A DNA stretch of 64,000 bases from an uncultured Anaerolineaceae bacterium (GCA_937897615.1 CALCNO010000046.1:9463-73462); one strand, 5' to 3'. Positions 27,048-36,668 are shown, counted from the stretch's first letter. The notes: generated by a model from the letters alone, not told the origin. Program-made: numbers and translations.

Positions 27048-30000
27048 GTGGCAATACTACCTGGTTCAAAAAAGGCGACGCGAAACCTGAGAGACCTGAA
27101 AATGCCGTGGGTCTGGGATATCCTGCTGATCGGCGTTTTGGCGATTGGCGCGTTCTTCCGTTTTACCGGCATCTCCTGGGACGATAACCACCACTTGCAT
27201 CCTGATGAGCGTTTTCTCACCATGGTGGAGTCAAGCATCTCTTCTGTGAAGAGCGCAGGCGAGTATTTTGATACTGCCAATTCCTCGCTGAATCCAAATA
27301 ACCGCGGCTATTCCTTCTACGTGTATGGCACGCTGCCCATTTTCATCGTTCGCTATGTGGGCGAATGGCTGGGGCAAACGGGATATGACCAGATCAACAT
27401 TGTTGGCAGAGTGCTTTCCGGCATTTTTGACCTGGGCACCATTTTGATGGTCTATTTGATCGGGCGCAGGCTGTATCGCAGTGCCCGGGTGGGGCTACTG
27501 GCGGCGCTGTTTGCCACCCTTTCGGTTTTACCGATTCAACTTTCACACTATTTTGCGGTGGATACATTTGCTAACTTCTTCGTTTATGCTGCGCTTTTTG
27601 CGGCCGTTTGCATCAGCACCGCTAAGCCCAAAATAGACGAAGCAATCTCTGCTGATCCTTCTGCGGCTGCGAAGAAATCCTGGTGGTTGCAAAACTGGCG
27701 CGAGTTTATTCCGTATGCCTTCTTTGGTTTGCTCTACGGAATGGCGCTTGCTTCCAAGGTGAGCGTTTATGCCCTGGCATTAGCCCTGCCTTTGGCTGCG
27801 CTTGTGTACTACCTTAACCTGCCGGAAGAAGACCGTGCGCAGGCCGTTCCATACCTGATCCGCAATCTGGTGCTGGCAGGCATTATCGCTTTCATTACGT
27901 TCCGCGTTTTCCAGCCGTATTCCTTCAAAGGCCCCGGCTTTTTTGGCCTGGGGATCAACCAGGGTTGGCTCAACAGCCTGAAGGAACTCAAAAATATCAG
28001 CAGCGGCAATGTGGACGTGCCGTATGCGTTGCAGTGGGCGCGCCGCCCGATCACCTTTGCCATCACCAACATGGTCAAATGGGGGCTGGGGCTGCCGCTG
28101 GGGCTGGCAGCCTGGGGCGGCTTCCTGTGGATGGCGTGGCGTTCCGTCAAAGGGGATTGGAAACGCCATTTGGTTGTCCTGTTTTGGGTTGCTTTTGTCT
28201 TCATCACCCAATCGCTCAATCCGGTGAGGGCAATGCGTTATCAACTCCCGGTATATCCGGCGCTGGCGTTGATTGCCTCCTGGATGATTTTCAAGCTCTG
28301 GGAGACCCAGCCGCGCAAAGTACGCAAGATCACCAATTTGAACATTAATTGGAATCGCATTTTCTCGGTACTCATCGCTGTGGTCACGATTGCCGGTAGC
28401 GCTTTGTGGGCTTTTGCATTTAGCCGTATTTATACCCGGCCGGTCACGCGGGTTGCCGCCAGTGAATGGATCTATGGGCACATTCCCGGCGCCATTAACT
28501 TGCAAGTGGATCCGGATTCCGGGATTCAATACATGCAGCCCGTGGCCTATCAGAACTCGGCGTATATCTCTGCTGATTCACCATACATTTACGGTATTAC
28601 CCCGTCTCAGGATGAAACTGTTACCAGCTTCACCATAGAACATGTGCTGGCTTCTCAGGCCTATGCAACGCCGGTATCTTTCGAGGTCTTCATCCGTGAA
28701 GCGCAGGGAAACGGCATGCTCTACAAAGGTGTCGGATTCTCTCAATCCCTGTTTGATACTTCTGCTGACGCCCAGGGCGGCAAGGTGGAAATCACCTTTG
28801 TGGACGGTGTGCGTTTGCAGAAGGGCCATTATTACGAAATTGTGCTCGATGCTGCCGAACCCGGGGTACTGCTCAAAATTTCTGGCGGCGCCTGGCTTGA
28901 ACTACGCTCTGGCTCTACAACGGCCATTCAGTATTTACCTGAGCCGGTTTTTCGGCTGACTGAGAATAACCCCTTCCAGACCACTTTTTCGGCGCAGAAC
29001 AATGGCAGCGTCTCTTTGATTCAATTGGGCCATATTGTGGATATTCTGGGGCTGCCAGATGCCAAGACGGTGACAGTTTCGATCATTGACCCCGCCAACC
29101 CCGACCAGCCGATTGGTTATGGGGAGCTCAAGGATCCCTTCCTGCCGGTTGATGACCCGCGCGGCGATTCGCGCTGGATCGAGCTTGAAAAGCCTGCCGT
29201 GCTTGAAAAAGGAAAGAGTTACACCCTTCTGCTGACGATGGAAGGCGCTAAAGGCGCACTGGGGCTTTTCAATGATGTTCTGGTGATGGAATCCACATGG
29301 GATGATGCCATCCCGCTGGGACTTTCCGGTTATGGCCCGTTTGGGTATGAGACGGGGATCTATGGAAACAACCGTAATCTGGAGCTTTACTGGAACGATA
29401 ATGAGGACAAGCTGCAAAGGTTTTACTCCACGCTGGATCAATCGGATGTGATTGTGATCACCTCCAACCGCCAGTGGGGAACTACCGTGCGCGTGCCAGA
29501 ACGCTACCCACTGACCATACAATACTACCGCTCGCTGATGGGATGCCCGGAAGGCGAAGACACCATTAAGTGTTACGCAGATGCTCAGCCGGGTATGTAT
29601 CAGGGCCAGCTTGGTTTTGAGTTAACGGCGGTATTTGAAAGTGACCCAAACATCGGAAGTTTTAAGATCAATGACCAGTTGGCCGAAGAAGCCTTTACCG
29701 TATACGACCATCCCAAGGTGTTGATCTTCCAAAAGACGGATAATTACCATCCCGCAACGATACGGGAAATTCTCGGCAGTGTGGACCTCAGCCAGGTGGT
29801 TCAACTCACCCCTGCCCAGGCAAGCAAGTATGAAGGCAATCTTTATCTGAGCGACAGCGCCCGGCAAACCCAAACGGATGGGGGCACCTGGTCGGAGTTG
29901 TTCCCGGCAGATTCGCCTCTCAATCAGCACCCCTGGTTGGCGATGGCTGCCTGGTATCTTTTGATTGCGCTGTTGGGCTGGCTGGTGTACCCAATTCTGC

Positions 30001-32369
30001 GGGTTGTGCTCAAAGGGTTGCCGGACAAAGGTTACCCGTTTGCCCGCATCACCGGCCTGCTATTGCTGGCTTACACAACCTGGCTCATCAGCTCTGTTGG
30101 CGGCACATTCTCACGCCTTACCATACTGCTTTGTCTTTTGGCATTGGTGCTGCTCAGTGCGTTCCTGGCGTTTAAAGATCGCCGGAACTTCAAAGCCGAG
30201 ATCGCAGCAAGGTGGAAATACTTCCTGAAAGTGGAAGCGGTGATGCTTCTGCTTTTTGCTGTCATGCTTTACATCCGCTGGAATAACCCGGATTTATGGC
30301 ATCCGTGGCGCGGCGGCGAAAAGCCCATGGACCTTTCCTACTTTACGGCAGTGTTGAAGAGCACTGTCTTCCCGCCGTATGATCCCTGGTATGCAGGCGG
30401 ATACATCAATTATTACTACTTTGGCTTTGTGATCGCCGCAGTTCCAACAAAACTGCTGGGGATTGTTCCGTATGTTGTGTACAACCTGATCATCCCCACC
30501 TTCTTTGCCTTGACCGGCCTGGGGGCGTTCAGCCTCGGTTGGAATCTGCTCCATCGCCGCTCAAAAGACGATGAGCCTTCAGTGGATGAATCCAGGGCAT
30601 CCGAAAGGCGGAGTTTTACCGCCGGCCTTATCAGCACATTCCTGGTGCTGATCGTGGGCAACCTGGGAACGGTGCGTATGATCAGCCAGGCGTTCCAAAA
30701 ACTGGTGGCTCCCGGCGGGGTGCTCGATGGCGCGACTCTGGCGCAACACTTTGAGTGGTTCTTCAAGGGGCTGGCGGCTTTTGCCAAAGGCGGCGTGGAA
30801 TTGCCAATTGGCTGGGGCGAGTGGTACTGGACGCCTTCGCGCGCTCTTCCCGGGGATACGATCACCGAATTCCCGTTTTTCACCTTCACCTATGCCGACC
30901 TGCACGCGCACATGCTGGCGTTGCCGATCACGCTGCTGGTATTGGCACTGGCCCTGTCCTTTATTTTTCAGCACTGGCGATATGAGGGAGCGACCAACAA
31001 GGGGCACATCTTGCAGGTTGGCCTCACGCTCGCTTTTACTGGCTTGATCCTGGGCGCTCTCAAAACCACGAATACGTGGGACTGGCCTACCTATCTGGCG
31101 CTTGTCAGTGTGGCGGTCATTTTCTCGGTATTCAAGTACGGGGATGTGCCGGGCTGGTTCTTCCCGCGCAGAAAAGCCTGGCTGCGCAAGGGTTTGATGA
31201 GCATTGGGATCATCGGGGTCATTGCCGCGTTTTCTGCGTTATTCTTCCTGCCTTTCTCGGCGAATTATGCCCAGGCGTATGGCACGCTTGAAAAGTGGAC
31301 CGGGGATCACTCACCACTGGGTTCCTACCTTGTCCATTGGGGCTTACCCTTCTTCCTCATCGTCAGTTGGTTCGTCTGGGAAACGCGCCAGTGGATGGCC
31401 AGCACACCGGCTTCTGCCCTTGAGAAAAGCAAACCCTATCTGATTTATCTGGAAATCCTTGCCATCCTTTTCTTTGTCATCCTGGCCTTGCTCACCATGC
31501 TTGGCATCAAGATCGGCTGGCTGGTGGGGCTTCTGGCGGTCTGGGACCTGCTGCTTCTGCTGCGGCCGGGGATCAGCGATGAGAAACGCATTGTGCACTT
31601 TATGATCGGCACGGGGCTTGTTCTCACGCTCTTCGTCGAGTTATTTGTCCTTGTGGGCGATGTGGGCAGGATGAACACCGTTTTCAAATTCTATTACCAG
31701 GCGTGGACACTGTTCAACATCAGTGCAACTGCTGCGCTGGTATGGCTTATCCCGGCTGTAAAGAATACCTGGAAGGAACGCAATGCGGCGATCTGGCAGG
31801 TTGTGCTGGCGTTTCTGTTGATCGCGGTATATTTGTACCCCGTCACCGCCGCTACTGATAAGATGCGCGACCGCATGTCCGAATCTACCCCCAAAACTCT
31901 CGATGGCCTTGAGTTTATGAAGACCTCCACTTATTGGGATATGGATCGGCAGATGGACCTCAGCCAGGATTATGCTGCTATCAAGTGGATGCAGGAGAAT
32001 GTGCAAGGCTCGCCGGTGATCGTGGAAACGAACACTGTGGAATATCGCTGGGGCAATCGTTTTACCATCTATACTGGACTGCCGGGCGTTTTGGGCTGGA
32101 ACTGGCATCAGCGGCAGCAGCGCGGCGCGCTTGATTACAATGGCATCGCCAGCCGCCTGGAGGAAATACCGGCATTCTACCTCACTGAGGATGTAAATGA
32201 TGCGGTGGCCTTCTTGAAGAAGTACAATGTTGAGTACATCATCCTCGGGCAGCTTGAACAGGCGTATTATCCAGGAAACGGGCTGCTGAAGTTTGCGCAA
32301 TATGATGGCATTTACTGGAAAGAGGTGTATCACGAGCAGGATACCGTGATTTACCAGGTTATTCATTAG
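27048..32369 (+). CDS. Giant (1773 aa) polytopic membrane protein with three parts. It has an N-terminal PMT/ArnT-like GT-C module, a ~500-aa extracytoplasmic beta-rich region, and a Chlor_Arch_YYY (DUF2298) module with a C-terminal soluble domain.
   Basis: GTG start (alternative ATG at 27102). The first loop HLHPDERF has a GT-C-like acidic motif. There are many TM helices in two blocks (27.1-28.4 kb and 29.9-31.9 kb). YINYYYFGF motif, with YYY encoded at 30411-30419. Strong paralogy to the next gene. Confidence 0.75.
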   Translation: MAILPGSKKATRNLRDLKMPWVWDILLIGVLAIGAFFRFTGISWDDNHHLHPDERFLTMVESSISSVKSAGEYFDTANSSLNPNNRGYSFYVYGTLPIFIVRYVGEWLGQTGYDQINIVGRVLSGIFDLGTILMVYLIGRRLYRSARVGLLAALFATLSVLPIQLSHYFAVDTFANFFVYAALFAAVCISTAKPKIDEAISADPSAAAKKSWWLQNWREFIPYAFFGLLYGMALASKVSVYALALALPLAALVYYLNLPEEDRAQAVPYLIRNLVLAGIIAFITFRVFQPYSFKGPGFFGLGINQGWLNSLKELKNISSGNVDVPYALQWARRPITFAITNMVKWGLGLPLGLAAWGGFLWMAWRSVKGDWKRHLVVLFWVAFVFITQSLNPVRAMRYQLPVYPALALIASWMIFKLWETQPRKVRKITNLNINWNRIFSVLIAVVTIAGSALWAFAFSRIYTRPVTRVAASEWIYGHIPGAINLQVDPDSGIQYMQPVAYQNSAYISADSPYIYGITPSQDETVTSFTIEHVLASQAYATPVSFEVFIREAQGNGMLYKGVGFSQSLFDTSADAQGGKVEITFVDGVRLQKGHYYEIVLDAAEPGVLLKISGGAWLELRSGSTTAIQYLPEPVFRLTENNPFQTTFSAQNNGSVSLIQLGHIVDILGLPDAKTVTVSIIDPANPDQPIGYGELKDPFLPVDDPRGDSRWIELEKPAVLEKGKSYTLLLTMEGAKGALGLFNDVLVMESTWDDAIPLGLSGYGPFGYETGIYGNNRNLELYWNDNEDKLQRFYSTLDQSDVIVITSNRQWGTTVRVPERYPLTIQYYRSLMGCPEGEDTIKCYADAQPGMYQGQLGFELTAVFESDPNIGSFKINDQLAEEAFTVYDHPKVLIFQKTDNYHPATIREILGSVDLSQVVQLTPAQASKYEGNLYLSDSARQTQTDGGTWSELFPADSPLNQHPWLAMAAWYLLIALLGWLVYPILRVVLKGLPDKGYPFARITGLLLLAYTTWLISSVGGTFSRLTILLCLLALVLLSAFLAFKDRRNFKAEIAARWKYFLKVEAVMLLLFAVMLYIRWNNPDLWHPWRGGEKPMDLSYFTAVLKSTVFPPYDPWYAGGYINYYYFGFVIAAVPTKLLGIVPYVVYNLIIPTFFALTGLGAFSLGWNLLHRRSKDDEPSVDESRASERRSFTAGLISTFLVLIVGNLGTVRMISQAFQKLVAPGGVLDGATLAQHFEWFFKGLAAFAKGGVELPIGWGEWYWTPSRALPGDTITEFPFFTFTYADLHAHMLALPITLLVLALALSFIFQHWRYEGATNKGHILQVGLTLAFTGLILGALKTTNTWDWPTYLALVSVAVIFSVFKYGDVPGWFFPRRKAWLRKGLMSIGIIGVIAAFSALFFLPFSANYAQAYGTLEKWTGDHSPLGSYLVHWGLPFFLIVSWFVWETRQWMASTPASALEKSKPYLIYLEILAILFFVILALLTMLGIKIGWLVGLLAVWDLLLLLRPGISDEKRIVHFMIGTGLVLTLFVELFVLVGDVGRMNTVFKFYYQAWTLFNISATAALVWLIPAVKNTWKERNAAIWQVVLAFLLIAVYLYPVTAATDKMRDRMSESTPKTLDGLEFMKTSTYWDMDRQMDLSQDYAAIKWMQENVQGSPVIVETNTVEYRWGNRFTIYTGLPGVLGWNWHQRQQRGALDYNGIASRLEEIPAFYLTEDVNDAVAFLKKYNVEYIILGQLEQAYYPGNGLLKFAQYDGIYWKEVYHEQDTVIYQVIH

Positions 32370-32386
32370 GTTGGGATGGGATACCG

Positions 32387-34963
32387 TTGAGCGATTTCCT
32401 AGCGTTTCTTAGCTGGTATTTGGTGATACTTTTGGTCGGCCTGCTTTCGCTGCCGATTGCCTTTCGCCTTTTTTCACGCCTGGGAAGCAGGGGCTATGCG
32501 CTGATCCGTCCGATCAGCCTGCTGGTGTGGGGATACGTTTTCTGGCTGTTATGTTCACTGGGAATCTTGCAGAATGACCTGGGGGGTGTGCTGCTGGCTT
32601 TGGCTGCGCTGCTGCTGTTTTCTGTGTTGCTTTTGCGCAAAGGCAAGTGGGCAGAGTTAAAGCAGTGGTTAAAGGACAACTGGCGCTTCATACTTGTTGC
32701 TGAAGTTGTCTTCCTGGTCTTGTTCGCCGGCTGGGCAGTGGTGCGCGCGGCCAACCCTGATGCGGCTTACACCGAAAAACCCATGGAGTTGGCCTTTATT
32801 AATTCCATCCTCAAATCAGAGGCTTTCCCCCCGCAGGATCCCTGGCTTTCGGGTTATTCGATCTCTTACTACTATTTTGGCTACGTGCTGGTTTCGATGC
32901 TGATACGGGTAACGGGCGTGGCGTCTTCAGTGGCATTCAACCTGAGTTCCGCATTGTGGTTTGGTATCACCGGAATGGCGGCGTATGGGTTGGTGCATGA
33001 TCTCCTGTGGGCCTGGAAAGGCAGAACTGCTGCTGGCCAAGCTGGCAGCAAAAAGACTGCTGGTTTTGCCCGCCTGGGTGCTCTGCTGGGACCTTTCTTC
33101 CTTCTGCTCATCGGTAACCTGGAAGGGTTTCTGGAATTATTGTATGCGCGCCACGCTTTTTGGAAGGTTGGCGCGGACGGCACCCTGGCCTCCCGATTCT
33201 GGAATTGGCTGGGTATTTTGGAATTGAACACTCCGCCGACGCAGCCGCTCTCCTGGCTGCCAAACCGCACCGCCGGGTGGCTGTGGTGGCGCGGCTCACG
33301 CGTGATCCAGGATTTGAGCCTTTCCGGCGGGAACATTGAAGTTATTGATGAATTCCCATTCTTTACATACCTGATCTCAGACCTTCACCCGCACCTGCTG
33401 GCAATGCCGTTTTGCCTGCTGGCAATTGCACTGGCACTGAATGCCTTTCTCTCACGGGATGAGCAGAGCTTCCCGTTGCCGATTTCTACCTCCTGGCTCA
33501 AGAACTGGCAGGCGTGGCTGACGATCCTTGCACTAGGCAGCCTGGCGTTTTTTAACACCTGGGATTTTCCCATCTACGTAGGCCTGTATGCCCTGGTGGT
33601 GATTTACAAGCGTATCCTGGAGAAAGGCTGGGCCTGGAGGAGAGCCTGGGAGTTCCTTCTGTGCGGGTTGTATCTGGGTATTGGCGGCATTGTCCTGTTC
33701 CTGCCTTTCTACCTGGGGTTCCAGTCACAGGCCGGTGGATTGTTGCCCAGCCTGGAATACATTACCCGGGGCGTCAATTTTTGGGTGATGTTTGCCTGCT
33801 TCCTGAGCCTGATCCTGATCTGGCTGGCCTGGCAGATCAAACGTCGCGAACTTGCCTTCGACTGGAAGAAGAGCCTGAAGATTGTTCTTTTTGGGGTATT
33901 GGGTTTATTCCTGCTTTCACTGGCATGGGGGTGGGTTGTTCTTGGGTTAGGCGGGCTGGGAGCGGCCCTGCTGCAAAACCAAAGCTCCTTGCTGGCATCT
34001 CTGGGAGCGAAGGCCTCGATGGGAGGACAATTATTTGCTTCAGTGCATGATAATTTTCCAACCTCAATGATCTTGCAGGAGGCGATTTTCAGGCGGGTGA
34101 CCTCGCCGGGAACCTGGGTCACATTAACGCTAATCCTCATCGGCACGGTTGGCTTCATTGCCGGCATTTCTCGCACCACTAAGGCAGAGGAGCAGCCACA
34201 GCGCAGCGCTGATGCAGCATGGCAGCCGCCTAACATTAAGATATTCATCCTGTTGTTGATCCTTTTGGGAACAGGATTAACCCTGCTCCCTGAGTTCTTC
34301 TACCTGCGCGACCAGTTTGGCTGGCGCATGAACACGATCTTCAAGTTCTATTTTCAGGCCTGGGCGCTTTGGTCGCTGGCAGCGGCCTTCATCAGCGTGG
34401 AATTGTTGAGCACGCTCAAACGCTGGCGCTACGCTGCCTTTTCACTTTTCTGGACGGCGTTGGTGGTAGTGAGCCTGGCTTACCCGGTGCTGATGGTATT
34501 GAACAAGACCAATAACTTTACACCGGCTGAGTGGACACTGGACGGCGATGCCTATATTGCCCGCTATACGCCTGACGAATATGCTGCGATGCAATGGCTG
34601 AAAGACCAGAATCTTGGCATTGTCGCCGAGGCGGTTGGCGGTAGTTACTCTGATTACGCGCGCGTGTCCACCAGAACCGGCTTTCCTACCGTGCTTGGCT
34701 GGCCAGGCCACGAGAGCCAGTGGCGTGGCGGCGCCACGGAAATGGGCAGCCGGGAACAGGATATCCGGCGCCTTTATGAAACAGACATGCCCGAGGAAAT
34801 GTTTGCAATTCTGAACAAATACGACATTTGCTATGTTTACCTGGGGAACCTGGAGCGCGTACAATATGTTGTCAATCAGGGGAAGTTCGATGCCTGGTTG
34901 AGTGTTCTGTATTCAAACAATAGCGTTATTATCTATCAAGTTCCCGCAAATAATGGAGAGTAG
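32387..34963 (+). CDS. Chlor_Arch_YYY (DUF2298) polytopic membrane protein, 858 aa
   Basis: TTG start after GGGATGGGA. Motifs shared with the C-terminal half of the giant upstream protein: EKPMEL, FPPQDPW, ISYYYFGY (YYY at 32867-32875), EFPFFTY..DLHPH, FNTWDFP, MNTIFKFYFQAW, and the C-terminal TLDG...VLGWPGHESQWRG domain. Confidence 0.8.
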   Translation: MSDFLAFLSWYLVILLVGLLSLPIAFRLFSRLGSRGYALIRPISLLVWGYVFWLLCSLGILQNDLGGVLLALAALLLFSVLLLRKGKWAELKQWLKDNWRFILVAEVVFLVLFAGWAVVRAANPDAAYTEKPMELAFINSILKSEAFPPQDPWLSGYSISYYYFGYVLVSMLIRVTGVASSVAFNLSSALWFGITGMAAYGLVHDLLWAWKGRTAAGQAGSKKTAGFARLGALLGPFFLLLIGNLEGFLELLYARHAFWKVGADGTLASRFWNWLGILELNTPPTQPLSWLPNRTAGWLWWRGSRVIQDLSLSGGNIEVIDEFPFFTYLISDLHPHLLAMPFCLLAIALALNAFLSRDEQSFPLPISTSWLKNWQAWLTILALGSLAFFNTWDFPIYVGLYALVVIYKRILEKGWAWRRAWEFLLCGLYLGIGGIVLFLPFYLGFQSQAGGLLPSLEYITRGVNFWVMFACFLSLILIWLAWQIKRRELAFDWKKSLKIVLFGVLGLFLLSLAWGWVVLGLGGLGAALLQNQSSLLASLGAKASMGGQLFASVHDNFPTSMILQEAIFRRVTSPGTWVTLTLILIGTVGFIAGISRTTKAEEQPQRSADAAWQPPNIKIFILLLILLGTGLTLLPEFFYLRDQFGWRMNTIFKFYFQAWALWSLAAAFISVELLSTLKRWRYAAFSLFWTALVVVSLAYPVLMVLNKTNNFTPAEWTLDGDAYIARYTPDEYAAMQWLKDQNLGIVAEAVGGSYSDYARVSTRTGFPTVLGWPGHESQWRGGATEMGSREQDIRRLYETDMPEEMFAILNKYDICYVYLGNLERVQYVVNQGKFDAWLSVLYSNNSVIIYQVPANNGE

Positions 34964-34966
34964 ACT

Positions 34967-36643
34967 TTGGCTGCAGAAGAGATGAAGAAACCGCGTGTGG
35001 CAGTAGAGACTGCTCTTTATTTTGCCCTGCTCCTTTTTGCGGTACTGTTGCGCTTTATCGGCCTGGGCGCCGTGGGGCTTTCTGACCGGGAAGCTGCGAG
35101 TGCGTTGCAGGCTCTCAGCCTTTCGAGCGGCAGCGAAAGCCTGATCGGCTCACAGCCGGGCTACATTGGCCTTACGACAGGATTATTTGCTTTGTTTGGC
35201 GGCACGGGTTTCTGGGCGCGTTTTTGGCCGGCGGCCTTCGGTTCATTGCTCGTGCTTGTTCCGGCACTCTACCGCAAGTACCTGGGCAGGATGCCGGCTT
35301 TGCTGCTGGCTGCGTTGTTGGTCTTCGACCCCCTGATGGTCAGCCTTTCCAGAACGGCAGCAAGTTCAATGATGGGCATTACCTGTCTGTTGGCCGGCCT
35401 GGGGTTCCTGCTCTTGCGCAGGCCGGTGCTTGCCAGCTTATGCTGGGGAGTGTTCCTCAGTGCTGGCAGCGAGATCTGGCCGGGCATGGCGGCGATTTTG
35501 CTCTCTTGGTTTGCTTTCCGCTATCTCTTTGCCGGGGAGTCCCAAACACAACTGGATTGGAAAAAGCTGTTGTTTCCCGGATTGGTGCTTTTTGCATTGA
35601 TTACCACGCAATTTCTGTTGTATCCCAATGGCGTCAGCGGTTTTGGTTCCAGCCTGGTGGACTATTTGCAGAGTTGGGCTTCAAAGAGCGGCATTGATTT
35701 AGGCCACTTTCTGCTGGAGATAGTGCTGCTTCAACTTCCTTTGATGGTTTTTGGCCTCATCGCGGTGGCCAGCGGGATTTTCAAAAAACACAAATCGTAC
35801 TGGTTCCTTGCCACCTGGTGGGGATTAGCTTTTATCCTGGTGCTGGTTAACCCTGCGCGCAATCCTTCCTTGATGGGGTGGGCGACCATCCCGGCACTGT
35901 GCCTGACAGCGCTGCTGCTATCCAATTACTTTGAACACATTCACTTTGACAATCGTTGGATCGGGTACGGGCAGATTGTGTTTAGTTTTTTGATGTTCAC
36001 CATTGCTCTTTTGTATCTTATGAATGTGCTTAACTTCCCGGATACCGACCCGGTGCTCTTCAGGAACAAAGTGCTGGCGGTTTTCCTGCCGTTGATCTTG
36101 CTGGCTGCGGTAACGGGTTTGTTTAGCTGGGGCTGGAATTCCACTGCCGCCAAACATGGCTTGCTGCTCACACTCTGTACCCTGGGCGTTCTTATGATGC
36201 TGAGTAACGGCTGGAAGGCCACTGGCTGGACCTCCCCGGCGGAGATGCAGTTGTGGCGTGGAGAGCAGACTGTGATTGGGGACAAGGTGCTGATGCAGGA
36301 GGTTGCCAACCTGGGGCGCTGGACGCATGGCCGTGCGGATGTCCTCAAGGTTGAAATTGCCGGGCTGGATTCTCCCGCGCTTGACTGGGCATTAAGGAAT
36401 ATCAATGGCTTTGAGCACTCAGAGCAGGTGAATTCCAGGACTACTGTTGAGGCCTTTATTACAACCCCCGACGCGCTTATAACTACCGAGGCTTCTTACC
36501 GCGGGCAGGAAATACTCTGGTCAACAATCCCGGATGTGCAGGCCTTTAGCGCTTCGGATTGGGCAAAATGGATGGTGTATCGGAAAGCTCCTGTGCGTTC
36601 TGAGAAAATCGTGTTGTGGGTACGCAACGATCTGTTCAAGTGA
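34967..36643 (+). CDS. Polytopic membrane protein, PMT/ArnT-like GT-C candidate (resembles the TIGR03663-type partner of YYY proteins)
   Basis: TTG start 6 nt after AATGGAGAG. ~12 predicted TM helices. The first loop has LSDREAA, and there is a ~130-aa C-terminal soluble domain. The family assignment is by resemblance and context only. Confidence 0.55.
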   Translation: MAAEEMKKPRVAVETALYFALLLFAVLLRFIGLGAVGLSDREAASALQALSLSSGSESLIGSQPGYIGLTTGLFALFGGTGFWARFWPAAFGSLLVLVPALYRKYLGRMPALLLAALLVFDPLMVSLSRTAASSMMGITCLLAGLGFLLLRRPVLASLCWGVFLSAGSEIWPGMAAILLSWFAFRYLFAGESQTQLDWKKLLFPGLVLFALITTQFLLYPNGVSGFGSSLVDYLQSWASKSGIDLGHFLLEIVLLQLPLMVFGLIAVASGIFKKHKSYWFLATWWGLAFILVLVNPARNPSLMGWATIPALCLTALLLSNYFEHIHFDNRWIGYGQIVFSFLMFTIALLYLMNVLNFPDTDPVLFRNKVLAVFLPLILLAAVTGLFSWGWNSTAAKHGLLLTLCTLGVLMMLSNGWKATGWTSPAEMQLWRGEQTVIGDKVLMQEVANLGRWTHGRADVLKVEIAGLDSPALDWALRNINGFEHSEQVNSRTTVEAFITTPDALITTEASYRGQEILWSTIPDVQAFSASDWAKWMVYRKAPVRSEKIVLWVRNDLFK

Positions 36644-36668
36644 GATCACATCTTTCGAAGGGAAAACA

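Noticed and set aside
36534-36668. 5' extensions of track ORFs that overlap upstream genes. The cmk extension is given as the example span. Others are 3017-3166, 4756-4845, 5640-5672, 7313-7366, 8278-8301, 20244-20321, 37381-37413, 53903-53935, 52302-52325 and 63833-63868.
   Set aside because: Internal start codons have better Shine-Dalgarno sequences, restore canonical N-termini (P-loop, lipoprotein signal, Met-Cys of C69, MVRIRL of S16) and eliminate long overlaps.
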